Assembly (NCBI GenBank): GCA_020137815.1
Contig: CM035353.1
Span: 1,364,001-1,428,000 of the forward strand
DNA: 64,000 bases
Direction of reading: 5' to 3'
Source of the DNA: Hormiphora californensis
Taxonomy: Eukaryota; Animalia; Ctenophora
Shown here: positions 18,616-30,200 of the stretch, piece by piece
How the letters are laid out: each line of letters starts with the position of its first letter
Position numbering within the stretch: position 1 is the first letter of the stretch
Position numbers and translations under genes: made by a program
Notes under the pieces: generated by a model
What the model saw: only the letters and a program-made list of their open reading frames with translations
What the model was told of the DNA's origin: nothing
Databases searched by the model: none

Positions 18616-20391
18616 TGTCCGCTAAAAGAATACAATATTAAAGTCAGGGTTTTTGAAGATGTCACCCGAAACTCATTAGGGTTTCAGTGACCACTATTGA
18701 GTTGTTCGTAGGCGAACGTCCATTGGGAACACTAAGGCTCCTAATAGGATTACGGCATTTGGGATGAATTTCTCATTGTCCTCTTTGATACATCCTGTAT
18801 TGTCTACTCTTGGGTGTTCAGGTCCATTGCAATCGGTCTAATTGTGGAATCACATTACCTGCATACTTAAGCAAATGCCAATGGGATTCTGTGGTGCCTT
18901 TAAATGTCCTCTTGGCTAATCAACCAAACTAATTGGTAACATTTTTACCAAAAATTTTTAGTGGCCTGTATAGAATTTGGCCCCGGGGGGATTTTCAAAT
19001 TTCCCGATAGCTTCCAAAATTAATCCCCAATGGACTATGGTAGACTACGCGACTTTTAAAATTGACACGTACTCCTGAAAGGGGAAATTTAAAACTATCT
19101 TTGGCAAATTTGGAAATTAATCCCTAGCCAAAACATATTTGGAAAAATTTCGACTCAGGAAAATTTTTTTCGAATGAATGCCATTTCTTTTAAAATTGAG
19201 AGGAAAAAAAAGAAAAGAGCAGGAGGTAAAAGGGTAAGAAGTAGAGAAAAGCGTAAAAGAGGCCCAGAACTGAAAGGAAAAACTTGGGGGACTTTTTTTG
19301 CCACCACGTAAATCCAAAGGGGAAAAGGAGAAGATTGGTAAAATGTGTGAAGCAAATTGGTACAATAATCGTGAGACAATACATAATTTGCCAAAATTCG
19401 ACCTCAGCAGCCAAGATTTTTATCTACTCCGCCCTTTCCTTTAATGAGTGACAAAGGAGCGGAGCCGAAAGATAAGGGGGAATCGAAAGAACCCAAATTT
19501 TCCGTGCAGGCACCGCTTTTTGCTTTCTTGCAACAATTTTTAGGGGGGGGGGGGGGGCCAATCCCCCTTTTTGCCCAATTATCTCAATTAGGGAAATTTA
19601 CCCACCTCTGAATTTAAATTTTCAGATTAGCGACAAAACGGAAAAGGGTTTTCTTGTTAACTAATTTTTTTTTTGGGTTTCACTGTTAAAAAAATCGACG
19701 GTGGGGCCCCCTCTTTTTGCATCATCGGGGCTTATCTTTCCATGGGGCGTTCTTCGTAAAAAAAGGACTGGTATTATCTCTGAGTTCTCATTTTCATTGG
19801 GGTGGGGGGAAATCAAAAAATCACTAATAAAGAAATGAAACGGATCCTTAATACCGCTTTCCCAGCAATCCGGATACTCAACGATTCGGTGAGGATCACA
19901 TGACCTGACTAACTTTAAGAAACATGACACTGTATCTCCTGTGGCGGTCCAATTTAACTGATCTCGGTCACATTGGAAAGTTAATCGATAGCCAAACATA
20001 ATTGGTTAAATTTTTGACCGGAAAATATTTTTTCTAGAATGAATGACCATGTTCATTCCGATAAAAAAAAGAATTTTGAGCTAGAGGTCTAAAATTTTGG
20101 TCAAGTTATTTATTTGTCTCATAGAGTAGCTGTACCAAATTTTAGCACTCCACGATATCTGGAACTATGGTAGACTTAGGGGGGACTTTTTATTGCCACA
20201 CACGTACATCAACAAATGAAAAGGAGAAGATTGGTAAACTACTGTGTGAAGCAAAATTTGGTACAATAACTCCGTGAGACAAATACATAATTTGACCAAA
20301 ATTTCAGACCTCTAGCACAAAATTTTTAATCGGAATGAACTCGCCATTTCTTTTAAAATGAGAGAGAGAAAAGAGAGAAAGAGCGAGGGAG

Positions 20392-20493
<102 letters not shown>

Positions 20494-21786
20494 TGAGAGA
20501 GAGAGAGTGAGAGAGAGAGAGAGAAAGGCAGTAAGTTATCCTACTACAGCAGGCCCTGCTTTTCACGTTCAGTCTGCATGACATGATGCCACCCCCAACT
20601 GATTTTTTCCCCGCCCGGGTGAATGCCTTCGGCATTCACCCGGATGCCTTTTGCAAAAAGGCATAGGGGTTTAGAATTCGACAAGATTACATACTAGTGA
20701 AGTGTCACGCTTTTTTTGTCCTGTAACGTAACCCATCCATAGCAACCATCCAGTGCGGAGTGCTCAAAATATCATTTGAAATACTTCACACACGCTCTAA
20801 TCCAAATTGTCCACGAAGGCGACGCCCGCAAAGTTATTACAGTGCTGAAATGACGCACTTTCATTAGAACGCGCAGCCCGGCGCCGCGCGCCCCTTCCTG
20901 TATGCAATTCATAACGTTCATCGTTCGTCATGTGTTCGTCATTACAATTACGCTCTGGTATTGTCATTGATTACATGAGGTTAGTTGAGTGGAGATCACA
21001 TAGACTAGAATTAAAAGGAGCCTAATTAGGCAGCTCATATCACCTGCACTGTTCTGTCTCACCTTTCAGAATCTCATTAGGTCATGGGTGATGGGATGTA
21101 ATTAGGAGTGTCACATGCCAATGGCGGGGAAATACAGTACTATGGATACATAGTGCAAATATTCTTGTTTTTGAAAATGTCTTGAAAAGAAGAGGATAAG
21201 GAGAATTAAAGTCCGATTTTAATAAAGTGAACCGCTTGTGCGCAAATCAGAGCATTTCACGCGCACCACTTTCTTAAAAATCGAACTTTATCAAGACCAT
21301 GAATTAATTTATTATATTATGTTTTCTGTTTCTTTTTCTTTTTTCATCTTGAAAAGCGCTGCCTTATCCCCATCGGGGGCCAGTAGTGTTTGCCAAGAAA
21401 ATGTCTTGAATCAAATCTTGTTTTTAAATGTATAGTTACTGTTTCGCTTACAATATCGAGCACGTGTATGAGACTATATGTATATAGTGTAAGAGCGGGA
21501 AAAGTCATTTACTGACTCTAATATGAATGGTGATGTTCATTTTCATTTCAAAAAAGAAATTGAAGTTTCTCTTAAAATCGTGTGCATTTGAGTTATGTTC
21601 GATCGCCCCAGAGGCCGGATGCATTTTTACAAGTTCCCAAAGGCCAAATGCGTGTTGCAGTTGTGCTTTTACACCTATAGTAGGAACAATACAATGTCGC
21701 AGTTCAGTGTAACCGGTATAGGGCCTCCTTTTTTTCCTATTTATCTAAACTTTCAAACTTTCGTAGAATTTTAGAATCTTAGCAGC

Positions 21787-24700
21787 ATGAAGCTCGGTAC
21801 AGTGTTCCCAGACTACAATGTGAAAACTACTGCAGGTAAGCTTTTCAGCTAATTCATACCCCCCTGTATCATATAATTGTCACCGAATCCACCCCAAGTT
21901 CCATGCATCCTATCCCTTGTTCTCCCCAGGTGATCTGAGTCTCCACGAGTACTGGGGCGAAGGATGGGGCATCTTTTTCACTCACCCCGCTGACTACACC
22001 CCCGTTTGTACGACAGAGCTGGCAATGGTGGAGAAAATGGCTGAGGAGTTTGCCAAGAGAAGTAATTTATTAATATAGTTTATTAAATTAGTTTATTCTG
22101 ATCCCTTAATTATTATCTGTACTGATGCCTTTGCTATTTTGAGTGCTAGTAGTTCAATATATATACTTTGTTTCACTGGCCCAATTAACCACTAACTTAG
22201 TGCACAGTGTGCACACCTAATATTACTATTTAAAAGACTTTATTTCACCACTAACCTATAGTGCACACCTAATATTTCTATTTAAAAGACTTTATTTCAC
22301 CCCTAACCTAGTGCTCACCCCCCTACAGATGTGAAGATGATTGCCCTGTCTTGTGACAGTGTAGAATCACATATTGGGTGGACGGAGGATATCAAGAAGT
22401 ATTCAGGTGGAAAGTTCTCCTACCCCATCATCGATGATACCAGCCGAACCCTTGCTGTAGAGCTGGGTAAGTTGTTGTCTCATTGCACAAACCTGTCATC
22501 TCAATTTCATCACAGCACAGTGCAGAATCCAAAACTAGATGCACTTTTGATTACTGCAGTATTCAAAAGTTGTTGTCACAAAACTGCCACGATACATGTT
22601 TGGCATTGTTTGACCAATTTGTAACAGGGATAACTTTGGTACATTACATCACCCCAACAGTAGTAATCGAAAGTGAATCTAGTTTTGGATTTTGCACAGT
22701 ATTTTCCTGGTACAAACTTCCTTTTGCACACAGACATGTCTAGAGACTGAGAGGTGATATAGTCACTCCTTGCAAAAGTGCATAGTTTTGCATTTTGTAG
22801 GCCCGTCGTTTAGTCTCATGTAACACGTCCTGAGTGAGGAATATTAATGTAATTTACTGCTCCCTCATATCACCCCCCTTCGTTCTAGAATATATTTCTC
22901 TTCCCAACAAAAGGACAGCACATCTCATATTCCTTCTTTTACAAAGGGAGTGGTGCCCCATGGTGATCTCACTCATAGTGAGCATCCAATACTCATCTTG
23001 AGTAGAACAATATGACATTGTGCATCCTCCTATAAACTTGACCTTTAGTAGCCCACTTTTTGAAATATATATTCTTGTTACTGGTACGAAATGTCCAACA
23101 GACTAACAGAGTACAGACTAACAGCCCAGAAGGGCGCCTTGCTCGACCCTCCCTCACCAACAGACTAACAGCCCAGAAGGGCGCCTTGCTCGACCCTCCC
23201 TCACCAACAGACTAACAGCCCAGAAGGGCGCCTTGCTGGACCCTCCCCCACCAACAGACTAACAGCCCAGAGGGGCGCCTTGCTGGACCCTCCCTCACCA
23301 ACAGACTAACAGCCCAGAAGGGCGCCTTGCTCGACCCTCCCTCACCAACAGACTAACAGCCCAGAAGGGCGCCTTGCTGGACCCTCCCCCACCAACAGAC
23401 TAACAGCCCAGAGGGGCGCCTTGCTGGACCCTCCCTCACCAACAGACTAACAGCCCAGAAGGGCGCCTTGCTGGACCCTCCCCCACCAACAGACTAACAA
23501 CCCAGAGGGGCGCCTTGCTGGACCCTCCCTCACCAACAGACTAACAGCCCAGAAGGGCGCCTTGCTCGACCCTCCCTCACCACGCAATGGAGGGTTAGAT
23601 CACAATACCACCACATGTCACTATTTGGACAATAGTGCCCCCCGGCCCCCAATAGTGGTTTAGATCATCGTGTCTGGGTATTATTATAATGTTAGAGCCT
23701 GAGGGGGATATATTTCCTTATTACTGAATACTGTGCATAATATACGGTGACAAACGTGTTTTATGTAGACTAGAGGCCAAAGTAGATTCTAGAATATTCT
23801 TTTATGGGTGTAAAGGTTGACGTATTGTTACCATGTCTAAATATTATTAAATAAAAAATGACTCCAAATCTTCACATCGTAGGCTCCCCAACAGGGGTTC
23901 ACGCTCGAGGTGGGGGGGGGGGGGTTCAGACCTATTTTTAATATGTTTGAGGTTTTTCCTCAAACAAAAAATTGGGGTGGAGCGGCCAATTTCGGCCATA
24001 AATTAAAATATCATAGTGTTAAAGGTTGACAAGATACCTAATATCGTCTTATTTTGATTTATCATTAATTTTCAGCATTTTTTCAGAATTTTTTGTCGGC
24101 TAGAAATATGTGCAAAATAGGGGGTCTACTGACAAATGAGTGTGCCTTTTTTTAAAATTGATAACGTAATATCTCCGGTTCCTGATGAGATACAGAAACC
24201 GTTTTGGTAGCGTTGGAAAGGTCTTATTGAGACCAATCCAACGCAACCAAGATCAAGTCTTTATCTTTTGAGGAACCGGAAACGTGAATTTCAATTTGCG
24301 AGACGCAGTGAGTGTGCCCAGTAAAACCAGTGCTGACAATATCGGTAGACCCCCTATTTCGAATTTTTTTCTAGCCGACAAAAATTCTGAAAAAATGCTG
24401 AAAATTAATGGTAAATCAAAATAAGACGATATACGAAAAGTTTTAGGTATCTTGTCAACCTTTAACCCAGTGTGTTAACCCATCTTACTGTTTCAGGAAT
24501 GTTGGATGCCGACGAGAAGGATGCTGCTGGTCTACCTCTAACTGCCCGTGCTGTCTTTATTGTCGGTAAGTCGTGCTGCTGGTCTACCTCTAACTGCCCG
24601 TGCTGTCTTTATTGTTGGTAAGTCGTGCTGCTGGTCTACCTCTTACTGCCCGGGCTGTCTTTATTGTCGGTAAGTCGTGCTGCTGGTCTACCTCTTACTG

Positions 24701-27700
24701 CCCGTGCTGTCTTTATTGTCGGTAAGTCGTGCTGCTGGTCTACCTCTTACTGCCCGGGCTGTCTTTATTGTTGGTAAGTCGTGCTGCTTGTCTACCTCTA
24801 ACTGCCCGTGCCGTCTTTATTGTCGGTAAGTCGTGCTGCTGGTCTACCTCTCACTGCCCGGGCTGTCTTTATTGTTGGTAAGTCTACCTCTAACTGCCCG
24901 GGCCGTCTTTATTGTCGGTAAGTCGTGCTGCTGGTCTACCTCTCACTGCCCGTGCCGTCTTTATTGTCGGTAAGTCGTGCTGTCACTACCTCTTACTGCC
25001 CGTGCTGTCTTTATTGTTGGTAAGTCGTGCTGCTGGTCTACCTCTTACTGCCCGTGCTGTCTTTATTGTCGGTAAGTCGTGCTGTCACTACCTCTTACTG
25101 CCCGTGCTGTCTTTATTGTTGGTAAGTCGTGCTGCTGGTCTACCTCTTACTGCCCGTGCCGTCTTTATTGTCGGTAAGTCTACCTCTTACTGCCCGTGCC
25201 GTCTTTATTGTCGGTAAGTCGTGCTGTCACTACCTCTAACTGCCCGTGCTGTCTTTATTGTCGGTAAGTCGTGCTGCTGGTCTACCTCTAACTGCCCGTG
25301 CTGTCTTTATTGTCGGTAAGTCGTGCTGCTGGTCTACCTCTAACTGCCCGTGCTGTCTTTATTGTTGGTAAGTCGTGCTGCTGGTCTACCTCTTACTGCC
25401 CGGGCTGTCTTTATTGTCGGTAAGTCGTGCTGCTGGTCTACCTCTTACTGCCCGTGCTGTCTTTATTGTCGGTAAGTCGTGCTGCTGGTCTACCTCTTAC
25501 TGCCCGGGCTGTCTTTATTGTTGGTAAGTCGTGCTGCTTGTCTACCTCTAACTGCCCGTGCCGTCTTTATTGTCGGTAAGTCGTGCTGCTGGTCTACCTC
25601 TCACTGCCCGGGCTGTCTTTATTGTTGGTAAGTCTACCTCTAACTGCCCGGGCCGTCTTTATTGTCGGTAAGTCGTGCTGCTGGTCTACCTCTCACTGCC
25701 CGTGCCGTCTTTATTGTCGGTAAGTCGTGCTGTCACTACCTCTTACTGCCCGTGCTGTCTTTATTGTTGGTAAGTCGTGCTGCTGGTCTACCTCTTACTG
25801 CCCGTGCTGTCTTTATTGTCGGTAAGTCGTGCTGTCACTACCTCTTACTGCCCGTGCTGTCTTTATTGTTGGTAAGTCGTGCTGCTGGTCTACCTCTTAC
25901 TGCCCGTGCCGTCTTTATTGTCGGTAAGTCTACCTCTTACTGCCCGTGCCGTCTTTATTGTCGGTAAGTCGTGCTGTCACTACCTCTAACTGCCCGTGCT
26001 GTCTTTATTGTCGGTAAGTCGTGCTGCTGGTCTACCTCTTACTGCCCGGGCCGTCTTTATTGTCGGTAAGTCTACCTCTAACTGCCCGGGCCGTCTTTAT
26101 TGTCGGTAAGTCGTGCAGGTCTACCTCTAACTGCCCGGGCTGTCTTTATTGTCGGTAAGTCTACCTCTAACTGCCCGGGCTGTCTTTATTGTCGGTAAGT
26201 CTACCTCTTACTGCCCGTGCCGTCTTTATTGTCGGTAAGTCTACCTCTTACTGCCCGTGCTGTCTTTATTGTCGGTAAGTCGTGCTGCTGGTCTACCTCT
26301 AACTGCCCGGGCCGTCTTTATTGTCGGTAAGTCGTGCTGCTGGTCTACCTCTTACTGCCCGGGCTGTCTTTATTGTTGGTAAGTCGTGCTGCTGGTCTAC
26401 CTCTAACTGCCCGTGCTGTCTTTATTGTTGGTAAGTCGTGCTGCTGGTCTACCTCTTACTACCCGTGCTGTCTTTATTGTCGGTAAGTCGTGCTGCTGGT
26501 CTACCTCTAACTGCCCGGGCCGTCTTTATTGTCGGTAAGTCGTGCTGCCACTACCTCTTACTGCCCGTGCTGTCTTTATTGTTGGTAAGTCGTGCTGTCA
26601 CTACCTCTTACTGCCCGTGCCGTCTTTATTGCCGGTAAGTCGTGCTGTCACTACCTCTTACTGCCCGTGCCGTCTTTATTGTCGGTAAGTCGTGCTGTCA
26701 CTACCTCTCACTGCCCGTGCCGTCTTTATTGTCGGTAAGTCGTGCTGTCACTACTGCAGGGTGTCCCATATATCCTGAGGGTCAGAATATGTTATATGGG
26801 ACACCCTGTATTTTGTTCGTGAATTATCAATTACTTAATAAACTATCGCACACTGACGTTGCATCATTGTACCGCAATGTTTATCTTGCTCATGACACAC
26901 CTCACAACTTCCTGGTTTAAAAAGCGAACAGGCTCTATATCTCTTTCTAGAAAGGGGGAGAGTCTCTCCCTTTCTAGAAATTTCTCTGAACACTACATTA
27001 TATAGACATATCTAACATACAAGGTGGGCCACGGATTGTTGGTAAGGGTTAGCGAGTTGTCCCGTCAAAACGGTGATAGTTGCGAGAATAAAAATCATGG
27101 GAGCACTCTGGATCAATTTCTTGGTAACTTTTTCCATATTTTTTTGTCAAAAATTTGAAAATTCATTTTTCATTCCTTCATTCATTTCTCGTTCATTTAT
27201 GATGTGAGCATCCTAATTTTCCATCATGGTGCTATTTTTCTTTGGCTTGAATTTATCTTTCCAATGAACACCATAAAAATGAAATTGAAGCACCAGGTCA
27301 CGTTGCAGTTGAGAAAATGCTCATGCATGATTTTGGCTCTTCCTGCGACTTTCAATGAGCTGTATCACGGCTCCCTTTTGTTCAATCTTTTTCAAAATTT
27401 GGGTGAACATTGGATAAACAAAGATCTTTGCTCACAAGAAAAATCAAGGTCAAAACTCAAAGTTCATTTTTCATTTTTGGTAGTTCATTCCACTCATTCA
27501 GGAACTAACATCCCTAAAGTCATGAAAAGTTTTGGGTTTTGTTTGGCCTATGCTCTGCAATGCCAGAGAGGTGTAGTAGCGTGTTTCCGGGCTAGTTTTT
27601 GGGTGTCCATGTGATCATGATGATACCTGACACCTTATTTGGGCCATAATTAAGAGATTTTCTCAAGTTGAAGCATGTGACTTGGGTTTTCTGTGATTGA

Positions 27701-29272
27701 TATCGTGAAACAATGTTATGGGATCCCATAGCACCCCTAAAATGATGATTAATTCAACAAAATGAGTTGATTTATTATTGAAAAGATTTAAACCGAAGAC
27801 AAACTCAACTAAACGAACAATTTCGATCATAAATCAACTCATTTTGTTGAATTAATCATCATTTTAGGGGTGCTATGGGATCCCATAACATTGTTTCACG
27901 ATATCAATCACAGAAAACCCAAGTCACATGCTTCAACTTGAGAAAATCTCTTAATTATGGCCCAAATAAGATGTCAGGTATCATCATGATCACATGGACA
28001 CCCAAAAACTAGCCCGGAAACACGCTACTACACCTCTCCGGCATTGCAGAGCATAGGCCAAACAAAACCCAAAACTTTTCATGACTTTAGGGATGTTAGT
28101 TCCTGAATGAGTGGAATGAACTACCAAAAATGAAAAATGAACTTTGAGTTTTGACCTTGATTTTTCTTGTGAGCAAAGATCTTTGTTTATCCAATGTTCA
28201 CCCAAATTTTGAAAAAGATTGAACAAAAGGGAGCCGTGATACAGCTCATTGAAAGTCGCAGGAAGAGCCAAAATCATGCATGAGCATTTTCTCAACTGCA
28301 ACGTGACCTGGTGCTTCAATTTCATTTTTATGGTGTTCATTGGAAAGATAAATTCAAGCCAAAGAAAAATAGCACCATGATGGAAAATTAGGATGCTCAC
28401 ATCATAAATGAACGAGAAATGAATGAAGGAATGAAAAATGAATTTTCAAATTTTTGACAAAAAAATATGGAAAAAGTTACCAAGAAATTGATCCAGAGTG
28501 CTCCCATGATTTTTATTCTCGCAACTATCACCGTTTTGACGGGACAACTCGCTAACCCTTACCAACAATCCGTGGCCCGTACACACGACACTATCATATA
28601 TGTTTGTGATTAAACCCCATTGGATTGCTGTTACACGCGCAGCAGCTGTGCTATAGCTGAATATGAGCATATATTCAAAATTGATCACACATAATATGCA
28701 GCGAGTATCATTTGTCTGTCTGTCTGTATCGTTAAATCTCTCGCTCTCTCTCTATCCCTCTCTCTCTCTCTCTCTCTCTCTATCCCTCTCTCTTCCAATA
28801 TCAGGACCTGACAAGAAGCTGAAACTGTCCATCCTCTACCCCGCAACCACTGGTCGAAACTTTGATGAAATCCTCCGAGTTATTGACAGTCTTCAGCTGA
28901 CTGCCTACAAAAAGGTACACACAGAAGTTTTAGGGAATACAGTTACTGGACCCAATTAGTAATACAACTTATTGGGCTATTGGGTGTGCTGCAAGAGAGT
29001 AAGAGATGCTTCGGTTAGCCATCGGTAAACTTAGTACTAATCTAATGGTAGAGTTAGAAAGATATACCTATAAACCATATTGAACCAATTGGTTACTCTC
29101 ACACCCCCCCCCCCTCCAGGTCGCCACCCCTGCTAACTGGCAGTCTGGGGGAGAGTGCATGGTCCTCCCCTCTGTTACTGGAGATGCCGCCAAGGAACTG
29201 TTCCCTGGAATGCGTGTAGAGGAACTTCCTTCCGGCAAGGGCTACATGAGGTTCACTCCCCAGCCCCAGTAG
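21787..29272 (+). CDS. PRDX6: 1-Cys peroxiredoxin (peroxiredoxin-6), 216 aa
   Basis: Exons 21787-21835, 21930-22061 ([12 protein letters not shown]), 22329-22466, 24497-24565 ([12 protein letters not shown]), 28805-28914 ([22 protein letters not shown]), 29120-29272 ([16 protein letters not shown]). Phases consistent. Confidence 0.97.
23096..23582 (+). repeat. 47-bp intronic minisatellite (~10 copies)
   Basis: AACAGACTAACAGCCCAGAAGGGCGCCTTGCTCGACCCTCCCTCACC tandem in Prdx6 intron 3. Confidence 0.92.
24023..24461. mobile_element. Non-autonomous TIR element with TTAA TSD and AGG termini (Kolobok-like)
   Basis: TTAA|AGGTTGACAAGATACCTAA...TTAGGTATCTTGTCAACCT|TTAA with ~100-bp imperfect TIRs. 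Confidence 0.7.
24522..26754 (+). repeat. Tandem array of Prdx6 exon-4 3' end plus splice donor (mainly 40/49/52-bp units, 45 GTAAGT donors)
   Basis: Unit TGCTGCTGGTCTACCTCTAACTGCCCGTGCTGTCTTTATTGTCG|GTAAGTCG. Includes a 750-bp higher-order duplication (identical ORFs at 24912 and 25662). Confidence 0.97.
27026..28578. mobile_element. Foldback element: 750-bp near-perfect inverted arms with a 53-bp spacer, in Prdx6 intron 4
   Basis: Arms 27026-27775 and 27829-28578. Mirrored 136-aa ORFs differ by one residue. GGGCC termini, flanked by GT on both sides. Confidence 0.85.
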
Positions 29273-30200
29273 AGAGTTGGACTGTTGTGATGGTGTTTTT
29301 TATGTTTCTCTTTTAATAAACACTCCTTTTATTAGGGCCCTCCTTCTTGGAGTTCCCCTTTTATAGTATTGCATATCCTTTATTTCACTGGCAAAAAACA
29401 TACTTTTATGTAAAAGTTATCCTATTACTATCTCTTGTTTGTCAAAAAAGCGTGGTCGTTAATTTGTTACTGGTTGGGTCGTGGGAAAATATACCATTTT
29501 GGTCACTATTATACTTTGGAAAGCTATAGTTCTTTGTACAAACCGTAATTGGCGCCCTTCAATGCCTAAGAAACTGTCTGGAGACTAAAGTGAGGAGCTC
29601 TAATGGTGATTGCTTGTGAAATAAGACCGGGGGCAACAGCTAGCCCGGTGGTAAACGGTAGTGGTAATATTCGAGAATCACCCTGGCCAGTGCTTTGTGT
29701 TGCGCGCGTTGTTTTGTTTTAATCAAAAGTCCATCTTTTCAGCACTCATTCTGCGCGTCACGGTCGATCCACCCACATGGCTTTGCCCGCTTGATGTTTA
29801 GCAAATGGCTTCCTGATCAAACAAAGATTGCCGGGAGGCTCCTGGGGAGCTTCCAATTGATGGGTTGAACCCGCCGTGAATCCCGGGGGTAGAAGGCATA
29901 AAACTCATAATTAAAGATTTGCATAACAAGACTTGGTAGGACGTTCTCTCTCAAACAAAAACATACTCAAAATTACAACTTTTCACAACAAAATGTAATA
30001 AAGTACGATTTCTACAAAAAAAAGAGTTCATCTTAAACCATAATATAATAATATGAGAAAACTTTTGTAACAGTCAATCTGCAGATATCTAAGAATAAAC
30101 AACCGATATGTCTCTTTGTGTTGGTTGACCACAAGGCATGATAACACTATATCTTTAAGTGTAAAATGTAGGTTAAAAGAATGATGGGATGTGGTTGAAA

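Noticed and set aside
18950-20360. Apparent local duplication (19280-19420 vs 20185-20330)
   Set aside because: The first copy is error-rich and may be an assembly overlap or a degraded repeat, so it cannot be interpreted.
20610-20700. Twin hairpins followed by CTAGT as a terminator or ncRNA
   Set aside because: More likely a Helitron-like end, but no matching 5' boundary could be established.
24912-26920. ORFs with repeated [15 protein letters not shown] as extra Prdx6 genes or cassette exons
   Set aside because: The units lack their own acceptors and shift frame. They are copies of the exon end plus donor.
27204-28400. Mirrored 136-aa ORFs as paralogous genes
   Set aside because: They are by-products of the palindrome arms with no recognisable domain. 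The same applies to 31689/33674.
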